A stretch of 55,946 bases of DNA. Source: Candidatus Iainarchaeum sp. (GTDB lineage Archaea; Iainarchaeota; Iainarchaeia; Iainarchaeales; JAZDDZ01). The notes below the pieces were generated by a model that was not told where the DNA came from, did not search any database, and saw only the letters and a list, made by a program, of their open reading frames with translations. Made by a program: the position numbers and the translations under genes. The DNA lies in assembly GCA_043809245.1 (NCBI GenBank), contig JAZDDZ010000003.1, positions 1-55,946 of the forward strand, written 5' to 3'. Position 1 is the stretch's first letter, and each line of letters opens with the position of its first letter. Positions 44,824 through 55,443 of this stretch are shown here, one piece after another.

Positions 44824-45828
44824 ATGCCTTTTCCTTCAATTGAAAAAAAAGAAATCACGGTAATTGCACTGATTGCGTTAAGTTTAATTGCCGCGCTTTA
44901 TTTTTTTAATTCAAGCAGCCTTACGCTTGAAGGCGTGCTGAAATTCTCGGAAATAAGCAAAACAATTGCAAAACTGCTTTCCGCTGAATTCCTTTCCTTC
45001 CTTGTTCTCGCGCCGCTGCCATTGGCTTTGACTGCGGCTTACGCAAAAAACGAGCCGGAAAAAAACAAGGCTATCCTTGTTGGAGTCTGTGGAACGATAA
45101 TCGGCGCAATTGTTTCGCTTGCATTTTTTTCAGGCATAAGCGATTTTGCCTTGCTTCTCGTTTTCCTTGTTTTGGGTGTCTTCCTGCTGGTGGAAAACCT
45201 TTATCTGCGCTTAAGCGAGCTGAAAAAATGGGCGCTATTCAGGGCAACTGCTGAAAGCGCTTCAAAGGCGCTGCTTTTGGTTGGCGTGGGGCTTTTTGTT
45301 ATTGCAATACTTTTCTCGCTTTCAAACCAGAAAATGCTTGTGGACGAATTCGAGCAGACGCTTGTTGAAAAAATTTTTCCAAGCGGTTCCGGCAATTCAA
45401 GCCAGTTATCGGATGCGACAGCGGCACTGCTAATTAATTCGCAGATGCAGACACTGGATGCGTTAAGCTCCAGCCCGCAGTTCAAGGCATTAACGGAAAA
45501 GGAGGACGCGGATGTGCAGGCATACGTGCTGAGCGTTTACGCATTAAAGCAAGAGGTTTCATCGGATGAATTCAGGGAAAAACTCGTGAAACAAATAAAC
45601 GAACAGCAGCAGGGAATCGCAGGCGAAAACGGAAACCTGTTTGAGTTGGTGAAAAAACAGGTGCCGTTGTTCTCGGAATTCGAGGAATTCTTCTGGCTGA
45701 TTGCCTCGCTGATTATGGTTTCATTTTACTTCTTAATTGCAAACCTTGTGATAAAGCCGCTTGCGGTTCTTTACACGCTAATCATTTCACAGGCAATGCG
45801 GGCAACACAGCCAATTAAAAACAATTAA
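44824..45828 (+). CDS. Polytopic membrane protein of unknown function
   Basis: 334 aa with about 6 TM segments and a helical soluble loop; coupled to map. Confidence 0.75.
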   Translation: MPFPSIEKKEITVIALIALSLIAALYFFNSSSLTLEGVLKFSEISKTIAKLLSAEFLSFLVLAPLPLALTAAYAKNEPEKNKAILVGVCGTIIGAIVSLAFFSGISDFALLLVFLVLGVFLLVENLYLRLSELKKWALFRATAESASKALLLVGVGLFVIAILFSLSNQKMLVDEFEQTLVEKIFPSGSGNSSQLSDATAALLINSQMQTLDALSSSPQFKALTEKEDADVQAYVLSVYALKQEVSSDEFREKLVKQINEQQQGIAGENGNLFELVKKQVPLFSEFEEFFWLIASLIMVSFYFLIANLVIKPLAVLYTLIISQAMRATQPIKNN

Positions 45829-45864
45829 GCAGGAAACTTATTTTACCGTAATGGCACATTGCCT

Positions 45865-45936
45865 GCCCCCATGGTGTAGTGGATAGCATAAGAGCTTGCG
45901 GAGCTCTCGACCTGGGTTCGACTCCCAGTGGGGGCG
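45865..45936 (+). tRNA. tRNA-Arg(GCG)
   Basis: Acceptor stem GCCCCCA/TGGGGGC, anticodon arm AGAGC-TTGCGGA-GCTCT, T-arm CTGGG-TTCGACT-CCCAG; no encoded CCA. Confidence 0.95.
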
Positions 45937-45960
45937 CTTATTCTTTTAAAATTTGATTGA

Positions 45961-46040
45961 ATTTTGCCCAAGCAAAATTCCTTTTTTGATAACCTTGCAA
46001 AGCTAAAGCTTTGCGAGGCCTTGGAAACCTTTTGGTTTCC
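45961..46040. terminator. Hairpins and T-tracts between convergent tRNA genes
   Basis: CCTTGCAAAGC-TAAA-GCTTTGCGAGG (45993-46018) and GGAAACC-TTTT-GGTTTCC (46023-46040), plus T/A runs. Confidence 0.35.
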
Positions 46041-46064
46041 CAGGACATTTTTTACAAAAAGGTT

Positions 46065-46148
46065 TGCAGGGGGAGAGATTCGAACTCTCGTAAGCCACTA
46101 AGGCGCCGGCCTCTGAAGCCGGTGGAATTGCCGCTATCCGACCCCTGC
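46065..46148 (-). tRNA. tRNA-Leu(CAG)
   Basis: Minus strand GCAGGGG...CCGGC-TTCAGAG-GCCGG, long variable arm, GAGAG-TTCGAAT-CTCTC, CCCCTGCA. Confidence 0.95.
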
Positions 46149-46239
46149 AGAAAAAATTGAAAAAAGCGGTAAATAATTCTTTCACAAACAGGTTTAAATT
46201 AGTTCATCTGGCTAAAAAAAACCTAATTTAAAAAAAAAC

Positions 46240-46521
46240 TTAGGTTTTGCCCATCCTTGTAAGGATATCCCGTTTTGTAGCGGGGGACATATTTTTCCAC
46301 CTTTCCTTCAACCTTTCACTATACTCTTTATTTGTCTGCAGTCCCCTCAAAGCAGCAATTTTGTTTCTAACCTTAAAGTCTAAAAGCTCTCTTAAAAAAT
46401 CCAAAATGCTTAGCCCCCTTGTCTTTGCCCTGCCCAAGATAATTTGGGGAGCAGTAAGTCTTCTAAGCGGGCTTTGTGTTAACCGCGAATAATCCATTAC
46501 CTTAGGAGGCATAACAATCAT
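46240..46521 (-). CDS. Small basic hypothetical protein
   Basis: 93 aa Arg/Lys-rich ORF filling the gap between tRNA-Leu and tRNA-His; start uncertain and no recognisable motif. Confidence 0.45.
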   Translation of the reverse strand: MIVMPPKVMDYSRLTQSPLRRLTAPQIILGRAKTRGLSILDFLRELLDFKVRNKIAALRGLQTNKEYSERLKERWKNMSPATKRDILTRMGKT

Positions 46522-46725
46522 AAATATTAGGCGCAGGCTCTTATATTAATTTTTCCCGTGTTATGGCCTTTTTTTGCCTTAAAACAAGGTTTTTTAAAGC
46601 CTTTTAACGAAAAATTTAAATGATGGCTATGAAAAATATGAAAAAAGGCGAGTGCCTTCATATCGGATAGAAACTTTTTCTTTGAATTGAATAGCTATCG
46701 GTTTAACTGTTTTTTTCCTTTAACT

Positions 46726-46797
46726 GGCTGCGGTAGTGTAATGGCAGCATTGAAGCCTGTGGAGCTTCCGGACCGGGTTCGAGTCCCGGCCGCGGCC
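46726..46797 (+). tRNA. tRNA-His(GTG) with genomically encoded G-1
   Basis: G(-1)GCTGCGG...CCGCGGC-C73; anticodon arm GAAGC-CTGTGGA-GCTTC; T-arm CCGGG-TTCGAGT-CCCGG. Confidence 0.95.
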
Positions 46798-46831
46798 CTT
46801 TCATTCGATTTTTTCAAGGGAGGCAACTGAA

Positions 46832-48079
46832 ATGGCTTTTCAAACAGTTCGCGGAATGCGGGATTTTCTGCCCGAGCAGGCAAAGAAAAAACAGGCAATA
46901 GAGGATTTGATTAGGAACTGCTTTGAAAAATACGGCTTTGAGCCACTGCAGACTCCAATCGTTGAAGAGTTCTCCCTGCTTTCAGCTAAAGGCTCAGGCG
47001 GAGAGGCGGTAAAGGAAGAGATTTATTACTTCAAGGACAAAAGTGAAAGGGAGTTAGGGTTAAGGTTTGACTTGACCGTGCCCCTTGCAAGGATTTGCGC
47101 TTCAAACCCGCAGCTCGCAAAGCCATTCAAGCGCTATTCAATTGGGCAAGTGTACCGCTATGACAGGCCAGGGGCGTCAAGGTACAGGGAGTTCACGCAG
47201 GCAGATGTGGACATTGTTGGCTCGGATTCAATGCTGGCTGAAGCTGAATTGATTGCATTGATGAGTGAAGTGCTGCAAAAACTTGGCATTGAATTTTTTG
47301 TGAAAATTTCCTCGCGCAAATTGCTGGAGGAAATGGTTTCAAGCGCGGGAATACCCAAAGAAAAAGCGGTTGACTGCTTTCGGAGCATTGACAAACTGGA
47401 TAAAATCGGATGGGGGGGAGTGGAAAAAGAACTGAAGGAGAAAAAAATCAATGCGGGAAAACTGGTTGAAGTGCTGAAGCAGAATGATTTGAAAAAAGTT
47501 GAAGGATTCCTCAAAAACAAAAAGCCGATTGAGGAATTAAACGAATTGATTGCATTGCTGAAAAAAATCGGATTGGAAAAAGAAGTGAGGCTGGATTTGT
47601 GCCTTGCGCGCGGATTGGAGTATTACACCGGCACAGTTTTTGAAGCGGTTGCAAAAAACGGGCCCTCGATTGCGGGAGGGGGAAGGTATGACAAATTGGT
47701 TGAATTGTACGGCGGAAGGCCTTCGCCTGCAGTGGGCTTTTCTTTCGGAGTGGACAGGCTGCTTGACTTGGCGCAGGAAAAAGTGAAGCCGGAACAGAGA
47801 ACAAGAATATTCATTGCGGCAATCGGTGAAAAGGCTGAAGTTGAAGCGCTTGCACTGGCGCAAAAGATAAGGGCGATTGGAATCGGCGCGGAAATTGACC
47901 TGATGCGGCGCTCTGTTTCAAAAAATTTGGAGTATTTGAACAAGAAAGGCATTCCGTTTGCAGTTGTTTTAGGGGAGAACGAGTTAAAGGAAAAGGCATT
48001 CAAGCTAAAGGAAATGAAAAGCGGAAAAGAAACAAGGCTGAAATTCGGCGAAGTGGAAAAGTTGAGGCAATTGGTGTGA
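46832..48079 (+). CDS. hisS: Histidine--tRNA ligase
   Basis: RGMRDFLP, LRFDLTVP, YRYDRP...RYREFTQ, ARGLEYYTG, GGGRYD, and a C-terminal anticodon-binding domain. Confidence 0.96.
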   Translation: MAFQTVRGMRDFLPEQAKKKQAIEDLIRNCFEKYGFEPLQTPIVEEFSLLSAKGSGGEAVKEEIYYFKDKSERELGLRFDLTVPLARICASNPQLAKPFKRYSIGQVYRYDRPGASRYREFTQADVDIVGSDSMLAEAELIALMSEVLQKLGIEFFVKISSRKLLEEMVSSAGIPKEKAVDCFRSIDKLDKIGWGGVEKELKEKKINAGKLVEVLKQNDLKKVEGFLKNKKPIEELNELIALLKKIGLEKEVRLDLCLARGLEYYTGTVFEAVAKNGPSIAGGGRYDKLVELYGGRPSPAVGFSFGVDRLLDLAQEKVKPEQRTRIFIAAIGEKAEVEALALAQKIRAIGIGAEIDLMRRSVSKNLEYLNKKGIPFAVVLGENELKEKAFKLKEMKSGKETRLKFGEVEKLRQLV

Positions 48080-48100
48080 ATTAAGGCAAGGCAGGTTTTT

Positions 48101-49378
48101 ATGGTTCCAATAATCAGGATAAGAAATGAAAGTGATTTGAAAAATCTTTTTGGCAGCGGAGCAAACCTCGGCAAGGCGGAAAGCAAAGCCAGGGAAATCG
48201 TTGAAACTGTAAGGAAAAACGGGGACAAAGCATTAATTGCTTTCACAAAAAAATTTGACGGCGTTGATTTGGCTGGAAAAGGGTTAAGGGTAAAGGAAAA
48301 GGAATTCGCGGAAGCCATGGCAAGGGTAAGCCGCAAAGAAGTTTCAATGATTAAAAGGGCCGCTAAAAACATTGAAAAATTCCACAAACAGCAGATGGTG
48401 AAAGGATGGAAGATTGAAATTGAAAGGGGAATAACCGCAGGGCAGCTTGTTAAACCGATTGAGAGCGCAGGGGTTTATGTTCCGGGTGGAAGGTTCCCGC
48501 TTGCATCAAGCCTTTTAATGGGGGTAATCCCCGCAAAGGTTGCAGGGGTAAAGGAAATCATTGTTTGCACGCCGCCGCAAAAAGACGGCAAAGTTAATGC
48601 AATAATTTTGGCTGCCGCGAGGGTTTTAGGAATTAAAAAGGTATTCAAGGCAGGTGGAGCGCAGGCAATTGCGGCAATGGCTTACGGAACCAAAACAATT
48701 CCAAAAGTGAACAAAATAGTTGGGCCGGGAAATGTCTTTGTTACCGCGGCAAAAAAATTGGTTTACGGGGATGTGGGAATTGATTTCATCGCAGGGCCAA
48801 GCGAAGTGGGAATTCTCGCTGGCGGAAAAGCAAACGCTGCATTCATTGCGGCAGACATGCTTGCGCAGGCGGAACACGATGAACTGGCAAAATCCATTCT
48901 TGTGACTGATTCAAGGGAATTGGCAGTGAAAGTAAAAAGGGAGATTGGAAAGCAGATTAAGGGATTGAAGACAAGGGAAACCGCTGCAAAATCACTGGCA
49001 AGGAACGGAAAAATCTTCCTTGTGAAAAACATGAATGAAGGGGTTAAGGCAATAAACGCCATTGCGCCGGAGCACTTGGTTTTTTTGGCTGAAAAAAAAT
49101 ACCTTAAGTCAGTGGAGAACGCGGGAAGCATTTTCATAGGCGCTTATAGCCCGGTTAGTGCAGGAGATTATGCAAGCGGCACAAACCATGTTTTGCCTAC
49201 AGGGGGCTTTGCAAAGGCAAGAGGCGGTTTAAGCGTTCTTGATTTCTTAAAGCTGCAGAGCTTTCAGGAGCTTTCAAAAAAAGGGCTGGAAAGGATTGGC
49301 AAAACAGTGGAAGGCCTTGCGGAACTGGAAGGATTGGATGCACACAGCAAAGCGGTAAAGAAAAGGCTTGGTGAGTAA
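48101..49378 (+). CDS. hisD: Histidinol dehydrogenase
   Basis: GVYVPGG, GGAQAIAAMAYGT, GPGNVFV, AGPSE, QAEHD, APEHL, GDYASGTNHVLPT. Confidence 0.97.
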   Translation: MVPIIRIRNESDLKNLFGSGANLGKAESKAREIVETVRKNGDKALIAFTKKFDGVDLAGKGLRVKEKEFAEAMARVSRKEVSMIKRAAKNIEKFHKQQMVKGWKIEIERGITAGQLVKPIESAGVYVPGGRFPLASSLLMGVIPAKVAGVKEIIVCTPPQKDGKVNAIILAAARVLGIKKVFKAGGAQAIAAMAYGTKTIPKVNKIVGPGNVFVTAAKKLVYGDVGIDFIAGPSEVGILAGGKANAAFIAADMLAQAEHDELAKSILVTDSRELAVKVKREIGKQIKGLKTRETAAKSLARNGKIFLVKNMNEGVKAINAIAPEHLVFLAEKKYLKSVENAGSIFIGAYSPVSAGDYASGTNHVLPTGGFAKARGGLSVLDFLKLQSFQELSKKGLERIGKTVEGLAELEGLDAHSKAVKKRLGE

Positions 49379-49401
49379 AACTGTACAAAGAAATCAAGGG
49401 A

Positions 49402-50322
49402 ATGCTTGTAAGAGAGGGAAAGCCGTTCAAGGCAGGCGAAGCCGATGCAGTTGTTTTTGACATTGATGGCGTGCTGGTTGACGTGAAGGAATCGTACTGG
49501 CAGGCAATAATTAAAACCACCCAGCATTTTGCAGGGGAAAAAATCAGTGAAAACGAGATAAGGCTTTTCAAGGATTCAGGAAAATTCAACAATGACTGGG
49601 ATTTGGCTTACGCGGTTGGGCTTTACTTTGTTTTAAAGAAAGAAGGCCTGGCTGGTTTCAGCATCGCAGAGTATGTTGAAAAAATAAGGGAAAAAGGCGG
49701 GGGAATAAAAAACGCCGAAGAACTTGCAAAGGGCCTTGCGGGAGAAAAATGGGCCAAGGTTGAAATGGAATGGGACAGGAAAAGAATCTGGAATATTTTT
49801 CAGGAAATATACCTTGGAAGCAAAAAATTCTCCGAACTGCATAAAGGCAGGCCGGAGCTGAATGTGGAAAAAGGCTCAATGGAAAAAGAAAAGGTATTGG
49901 TTGAAATGAAGACAATTGAAGCACTGGAAAAAAAAGGCATTAGGATAGGGATTCTTACAGGCAGGCTTTACGCGGAAGCAGCCATCACGCTGAAAAAATG
50001 CGGGCTTGAAGGAAAGATTGAAAGGAAATATATAGTGTCAGAGGATGATTTTGCGCGTTTCCCCGATGACAGGCGAAAGCCAAATCCTTTCGGCTTGCTT
50101 GAGTTAAGCCAGAGAATGAACGCGAAAAAAATAATTTACATCGGGGACATTGTGGATGACATTGCAGCGGCGAATGCCGCGAAAAAGGAAAAAAAAGGCT
50201 TTTACTCTGTTGCTGTTGCAGGGGCTTCTGATGAGGCGGCTATCGCGCTTTTCAGGCAAAGCCTTGCGGATGCAATTGTTCCAGACGTTAACTGCCTTTC
50301 AAGGCTGTTTGAGGTGGGATGA
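49402..50322 (+). CDS. HAD-superfamily hydrolase, probable histidinol-phosphate phosphatase
   Basis: FDIDGVLVD, FNNDWD, LTGR, KPNP and YIGDIVDD HAD motifs; lies within the his operon, whose HisB is monofunctional. Confidence 0.75.
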   Translation: MLVREGKPFKAGEADAVVFDIDGVLVDVKESYWQAIIKTTQHFAGEKISENEIRLFKDSGKFNNDWDLAYAVGLYFVLKKEGLAGFSIAEYVEKIREKGGGIKNAEELAKGLAGEKWAKVEMEWDRKRIWNIFQEIYLGSKKFSELHKGRPELNVEKGSMEKEKVLVEMKTIEALEKKGIRIGILTGRLYAEAAITLKKCGLEGKIERKYIVSEDDFARFPDDRRKPNPFGLLELSQRMNAKKIIYIGDIVDDIAAANAAKKEKKGFYSVAVAGASDEAAIALFRQSLADAIVPDVNCLSRLFEVG

Positions 50323-51380
50323 TGGTTAAGCCGAGGAAAGAGATTCAGGAAATGAAGCCCTATGACCCGCCGCTTGAGGGAAGGGAAGGCAAGTTAAGGC
50401 TTGACTTCAATGAAAATACAGTTGGGCCTTCGCCGAAAGTAATTGAGGCGCTGAGGGAAATAAGCGCAGAAGCGGTGTGCAGTTATCCCGAGTACTTTGG
50501 GTTAAGGGAAAAAATCGCGCAATATGCGGGAGTAAAGGGAGAAAACATCGCGGTTTTGAATGGCTCGGATGAGGCAATAAGGAACATAATGGATTTTTTC
50601 CTTGAGAAAGGGGACACGATTGTTTTGCCTGTGCCCACATTTGTGATGTTTGGGTTTTACGCGCAGGCACTTGGAATGAAAGTGAAAAAAATTCCATACA
50701 TGGGGGATTTGGGTTTTCCTGTAAATGAAGTGATTGATGCAATCGGCGCGGGGGCAAAACTTGCTGTGCTTGTGAACCCGAATAACCCGACAGGCACAGT
50801 GATTGAAAGGAATGACCTCGTGAAGATTATAAGGAAATGCAAGGAAAATGATGCGATTGCGCTTGTTGATGAGGCGTACTATGAATTTTTCGGCGAAACC
50901 GCGGTTGATTTAATAAACGAGTTTGACAACCTCGTTGTGCTCAGGACTTTTTCAAAGGCATTCGGATTGGCGGGGTTGAGGGCAGGGTACGCGGTAAGCT
51001 GCAGGGAAAATATTGAGGCCATAAGGAAGGCTTCTTCGCCTTACAGCGTTAATGCGCTTGCTGTAACAGCAATCAAGGCTGCACTTGCTGATTTGAATTA
51101 CATGAAGAGATATGTTGGTGAAGTTAAGAGGGAAAGGGAAAGGGTTTTGAAGGAATTCATGGAAATGAAAATAAAGGTTTTTCCAACCAATGCAAATTTC
51201 TTTGTTGCAAGGATTGGCAATGATGCAAAACGGCTTGTGAAAGGGCTTTCGGAGGAAAAGATACTCGTGCGCGACAGGTCAGACTATACGCTTCTTGAAG
51301 GGTGTGTAAGGTTTGGTATTGGCATAAAAGAGCAGAATGATAGGCTTATTAAAAAAACGAGGGAAATATTAGGTAAATAA
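50319..51380 (+). CDS. hisC: Histidinol-phosphate aminotransferase
   Basis: LDFNEN, NGSDE, NPNNPTG, DEAY, RTFSKAFGLAGLRAGY. Confidence 0.95.
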   Translation: MMVKPRKEIQEMKPYDPPLEGREGKLRLDFNENTVGPSPKVIEALREISAEAVCSYPEYFGLREKIAQYAGVKGENIAVLNGSDEAIRNIMDFFLEKGDTIVLPVPTFVMFGFYAQALGMKVKKIPYMGDLGFPVNEVIDAIGAGAKLAVLVNPNNPTGTVIERNDLVKIIRKCKENDAIALVDEAYYEFFGETAVDLINEFDNLVVLRTFSKAFGLAGLRAGYAVSCRENIEAIRKASSPYSVNALAVTAIKAALADLNYMKRYVGEVKRERERVLKEFMEMKIKVFPTNANFFVARIGNDAKRLVKGLSEEKILVRDRSDYTLLEGCVRFGIGIKEQNDRLIKKTREILGK

Positions 51381-51400
51381 AACTGCAGAGGGTTAATGCA

Positions 51401-51991
51401 ATGGAGAGAAAGGCAAGGGTTGAAAGAAAGACAAAGGAAACGGACATTGCTGTTGCGTTGAATCTTGACGGCAAAGGTGAAAGCAACATTTCCACTGGAA
51501 TCGGGTTCTTTGACCATATGCTTGAATTGTTTTCAAGGCACTCACTCATTGACCTGGAAGTTAAGGCAAAAGGCGACCTTAAAGTGGACGAGCACCACAC
51601 TGTTGAGGACACTGCAATTGCCTTGGGCGAGGCAATCAACAAGGCATTGGGTGAAAAAAAAGGGATAACACGGTTTGGCAATGCAATTGTGCCAATGGAT
51701 GAATCGCTTGCAATGGCTGCAGTGGACCTTGGAGGAAGAAGCTATCTCGTGATTGACGCAGAATTCGGTGAAGCAAAGCTAGATGATTTCAGGACTGAAC
51801 TGGTTGAGGATTTTTTTAAATCGTTTGCTGACAACTGCAAATGCAACATTCACTTGAAATTGTTTTACGGCAGGAACGAGCACCACAAAATAGAGGCGCT
51901 ATTCAAGGCATTCGCAAAGGCAATGAAGGGCGCATGCACAATGGATGAAAATGCAAGGGGAACCCTGCCCAGCACGAAAGGAAAATTGTGA
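51401..51991 (+). CDS. hisB: Imidazoleglycerol-phosphate dehydratase
   Basis: RKTKETDI, FFDHML, DEHHTVED, PMDE, NEHHKIEALFKA, PSTKG. Confidence 0.97.
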   Translation: MERKARVERKTKETDIAVALNLDGKGESNISTGIGFFDHMLELFSRHSLIDLEVKAKGDLKVDEHHTVEDTAIALGEAINKALGEKKGITRFGNAIVPMDESLAMAAVDLGGRSYLVIDAEFGEAKLDDFRTELVEDFFKSFADNCKCNIHLKLFYGRNEHHKIEALFKAFAKAMKGACTMDENARGTLPSTKGKL

Positions 51992-52012
51992 ACAAGCTTT
52001 TGGCTATTTGCA

Positions 52013-52615
52013 ATGATAGGCGTAATTGATTACGGTGCGGGAAACATAAGAAGCGTTTTGAACGCGGTTTCAGCAGCCGGCGGCAAAGCAGAACTGGTTA
52101 GCGATGCAAGCAGAATCTCCTCTTATGAAAAGCTCATTCTCCCGGGAGTCGGAAATTTCGGGAAAGTCGCGGAAAACCTTGAAAAAAAAGGAATGGATAA
52201 GGCAATAAAGGAATTCATTGCAGGGGAAAAGCCTTTTCTCGGCATATGCCTTGGGCTGCAGCTTTTGCTGGAGGGAAGCGAGGAAAGCAAAGGCAGCAAA
52301 GGATTCGGCCTGTTCAAGGGGAAAAATTTAAGGTTCGCGGGAGAGTTAAAGGTGCCGCAAATCGGCTGGAACCAGATTGAAATGCAGGGCAAGGCATCCC
52401 GTCTGTTTAAGGGAGTTAAAAGCGGTTCGTTTGCATACTTTGTCCACAGCTATTACGCGAAACCAGAAGATGAAACAATTGTTGCCGCGGAAACAGAGTA
52501 CGGCATAAAATACGCAAGTGCTTTTGAGAAGGGAACTGTTTTTGCAACACAGTTTCACCCTGAAAAAAGCGGGGAAGTTGGGTTGAGGATATTGAAGAAC
52601 TTTGTTGAATTATAG
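52013..52615 (+). CDS. hisH: Imidazole glycerol phosphate synthase, glutaminase subunit
   Basis: DYGAGN, LPGVG, GICLGLQ, VPQIGWN, YFVHSY, QFHPEKSG. Confidence 0.97.
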   Translation: MIGVIDYGAGNIRSVLNAVSAAGGKAELVSDASRISSYEKLILPGVGNFGKVAENLEKKGMDKAIKEFIAGEKPFLGICLGLQLLLEGSEESKGSKGFGLFKGKNLRFAGELKVPQIGWNQIEMQGKASRLFKGVKSGSFAYFVHSYYAKPEDETIVAAETEYGIKYASAFEKGTVFATQFHPEKSGEVGLRILKNFVEL

Positions 52616-52621
52616 GTTGTG

Positions 52622-53440
52622 ATGCCATTGATTGCGAAAAGAATCATTCCGTGCCTGGACTGCGATTTAAGCGTGCCGGAAGGAAGGGTAGTCAAAGGCG
52701 TTGAATTCAAGCAGATAAAATATGCGGGCATTCCATGGGAGAGAGCTGAACTGTACTACAAGCAGGGCGCGGATGAAATTGTTTTCCTTGACATTACTGC
52801 TTCATCTGAAAAAAGGCACACAATGACAGAGGTTGTGAAAAAAACCGCAGAAAAAGTTTTTGTGCCCATAACAGTCGGAGGCGGGATAAAATCTTTGGCT
52901 GACGCTAAAGCAGTGTTTGAAGCAGGGGCGGACAAGGTTTCATTAAATACCGCTGCAATAAAAAACCCGAAACTGATAACTGAGATTTCAGAGAGCTATG
53001 GAAGGCAGGCGGTTGTTCTTGCAATTGACGCTAAAAGAAGGCTTGAAGGAATTGAAGGCAAAAATGTTGTGAAAACGAAGCAGGGAGATTGTTGGTTTGA
53101 GTGCTCAATTTACGGGGGAAGGGAGTTCACTGGCATTGACGCAATTGATTGGGCGAAAAAAGCGGTTGAACTTGGCGCAGGGGAAATACTTTTGACTTCA
53201 ATGGACCGCGATGGAACAAAAGAAGGCTTTGATTTGGGGTTAACAAAAAAAATAGGTGAAGAAACAAGCGTTCCGGTTATTGCTTCAGGGGGGGCGGGAA
53301 AACTTGAAAGCATTGCAGAGGTTTTAACGAAAGGAAAGGCCGATGCGGCGCTCGCCGCTTCAATTTTTCACTTCAATGAATTCACTGTGGGTGAAGTGAA
53401 AGAATATTTGAAGAAAAAAGGGATTAATGTGAGGCTTTGA
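52622..53440 (+). CDS. hisF: Imidazole glycerol phosphate synthase, cyclase subunit
   Basis: [47 protein letters not shown]. Confidence 0.97.
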   Translation: MPLIAKRIIPCLDCDLSVPEGRVVKGVEFKQIKYAGIPWERAELYYKQGADEIVFLDITASSEKRHTMTEVVKKTAEKVFVPITVGGGIKSLADAKAVFEAGADKVSLNTAAIKNPKLITEISESYGRQAVVLAIDAKRRLEGIEGKNVVKTKQGDCWFECSIYGGREFTGIDAIDWAKKAVELGAGEILLTSMDRDGTKEGFDLGLTKKIGEETSVPVIASGGAGKLESIAEVLTKGKADAALAASIFHFNEFTVGEVKEYLKKKGINVRL

Positions 53441-53441
53441 A

Positions 53442-54122
53442 ATGATTATTCCAAGCATTGATTTGATGGATGGAAAGGTTGTACAGCTGGAGCAGGGAAA
53501 AAAGAAAAAGCTGGAAATAAAGGAAAGCCCAGAAAAATTTGCGGAAAAATTTTCCTCATTCGGGCAGGTGCAGCTGATTGATTTGGATGCGGCAATGGGA
53601 AAAGGGGACAATTCAGCGGTTGTGGGCAGGATATGCAGGATAGTCAATGCGCGGGTCGGCGGCGGGATAAGAACCGCGGAAAAGGCAAAAGAATTGGTTG
53701 AATTGGGGGCAAAAAAAGTCATTATTGGCACAAAGGCGAGCCCTGAATTCCTTCAGGAGCTATGCGGGGCGATAGGAAAGGAAAAAATTGTTGTTGCCTT
53801 GGACAGTTGGAAGGGGGAAATAGTGGTTAAGGGCTGGACTGAGAAAACAGGTGTTAAAGTGGAGGAAAAAGTCAGGGAACTGGAGCCTTTTTGCGCGGAG
53901 TTCTTTTTCACTTTTGTTGAAACTGAGGGAACAATGAAGGGCGTTGATTTTGGCAGGGTTAAGGATTTAAAAAAGCTAACAGGGAATAAAATATCAATTG
54001 GCGGGGGAATTTCCTCAATTGAAGAGGCAAAAGAGCTTGAAAAACTGGGAGTTGACTCTGTTCTCGGAATGGCTCTTTACACTGGAAAAATAAGGCTGGA
54101 AGGGGTTTCAATTGAATTATGA
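53442..54122 (+). CDS. hisA: ProFAR isomerase
   Basis: IIPSIDLMDGKVVQLEQG, IDLDAAMG, VGGGIR, EGTMKG, GGGI, GMALY. Confidence 0.92.
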   Translation: MIIPSIDLMDGKVVQLEQGKKKKLEIKESPEKFAEKFSSFGQVQLIDLDAAMGKGDNSAVVGRICRIVNARVGGGIRTAEKAKELVELGAKKVIIGTKASPEFLQELCGAIGKEKIVVALDSWKGEIVVKGWTEKTGVKVEEKVRELEPFCAEFFFTFVETEGTMKGVDFGRVKDLKKLTGNKISIGGGISSIEEAKELEKLGVDSVLGMALYTGKIRLEGVSIEL

Positions 54123-54501
54123 TTTCGGCATTGACTTCAAGAAAGGTAACGGAATAGTGCCTGTAATCGTGCAGGACTGGAAGACAAATGAAGTGCTGAT
54201 GCAGGCGTATTTGAACAAGGAAGCCTTTGAAAAAACAATGAATGAGAAAAGGTTTTACTATTTTAGCAGGAGCAAGAACAGGGTGAAGCTGAAAGGAGAG
54301 GAATCAGGCAATGTACAGCTTGTGAAAGGCGTTTTCGTTGACTGCGACAACGACTGTGTTTTGTTAAAAGTTGAATCAACTGTAGGAGCCTGCCATAAAG
54401 GATACAAAAGCTGTTTTTACAGGAAAATCGAGGGAGAAAAACTCGTTGTGGCCGCTGAAAAGGTTTTTGACCCTAAAAAGGTTTACGGTGAAAAAAAATG
54501 A
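54112..54501 (+). CDS. hisI: Phosphoribosyl-AMP cyclohydrolase (monofunctional)
   Basis: [34 protein letters not shown]; no HisE domain; TTG start. Confidence 0.94.
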   Translation: MNYDFGIDFKKGNGIVPVIVQDWKTNEVLMQAYLNKEAFEKTMNEKRFYYFSRSKNRVKLKGEESGNVQLVKGVFVDCDNDCVLLKVESTVGACHKGYKSCFYRKIEGEKLVVAAEKVFDPKKVYGEKK

Positions 54502-55382
54502 ATCACAATGAAAAAAAGCTGACGCTTGGAATTCCAAAGGGAAGCCTGCAGAAAGCCACAATGAACCTGTTCAAGAAAGCCGGCTACAATATCATTGTTG
54601 ACGAGCGAAGCTATTACCCTAAAATTGACGACCCGGAAATAGACTGTATCCTTGTAAGGGCACAGGAAATGGCAAGATACGTCGCGCAGGGGGTTATTGA
54701 CGTCGGGCTTACAGGCAAGGACTGGATAATTGAAAACGATGCGGATGTTGTTGAAGTCTCGGAACTTCTTTATGCAAAGCAAGGGCTCGGAAAAGTAAAA
54801 TGGGTGCTTGCAGTGCCGGAAAATTCAGGGATAAAAAGCGCGAAAGATTTAGAGGGAAAAAAGATTGCAACAGAACTAGTAAATGTAAGCAAAAAATACC
54901 TGCAAAAAAATGGCGTAAAAGCGGATGTTGAATTCAGCTGGGGTGCAACAGAGGTAAAGCCCCCGCAGCTGGCTGACGCAATAATTGAGATAACGGAAAC
55001 CGGCTCTTCGCTGAGGGCAAACAAGCTTAGAATAATTGAAACAGTAATGGAAAGCAGCACTAGGCTGATTGCAAACAAAAAGGCATGGGAAGACAAGTGG
55101 AAAAAGTCAAAAATAAGGAATATTGAAATGCTGCTTAAAGGCGCGCTCAAGGCAGAGGGAATGGTTGGCTTAATGATGAATGTTTCAGAGGAAAACCTTG
55201 AAGCAGTGGTGAAATTAATTCCCTCGCTCAAAAGCCCAACAGTCTCGAAACTTTACAAGCTGAATGCCTATGACATTTTCACCATAATTGAAGAAAAAAA
55301 GGTAAGGGAACTCGTTCCCCAGCTCAAAAAGGCAGGCGCTGAAGGCATAATCGAGCTGCCGTTGAACAAAATAATCGAATAA
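54498..55382 (+). CDS. hisG: ATP phosphoribosyltransferase (long form)
   Basis: [38 protein letters not shown], and a C-terminal regulatory domain. Confidence 0.96.
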   Translation: MNHNEKKLTLGIPKGSLQKATMNLFKKAGYNIIVDERSYYPKIDDPEIDCILVRAQEMARYVAQGVIDVGLTGKDWIIENDADVVEVSELLYAKQGLGKVKWVLAVPENSGIKSAKDLEGKKIATELVNVSKKYLQKNGVKADVEFSWGATEVKPPQLADAIIEITETGSSLRANKLRIIETVMESSTRLIANKKAWEDKWKKSKIRNIEMLLKGALKAEGMVGLMMNVSEENLEAVVKLIPSLKSPTVSKLYKLNAYDIFTIIEEKKVRELVPQLKKAGAEGIIELPLNKIIE

Positions 55383-55443
55383 GCTGATTGCCTCAAAACC
55401 CAGCCAATTGGTATAAAAGCCTTTTTTGGATGAATTCTTTCAC

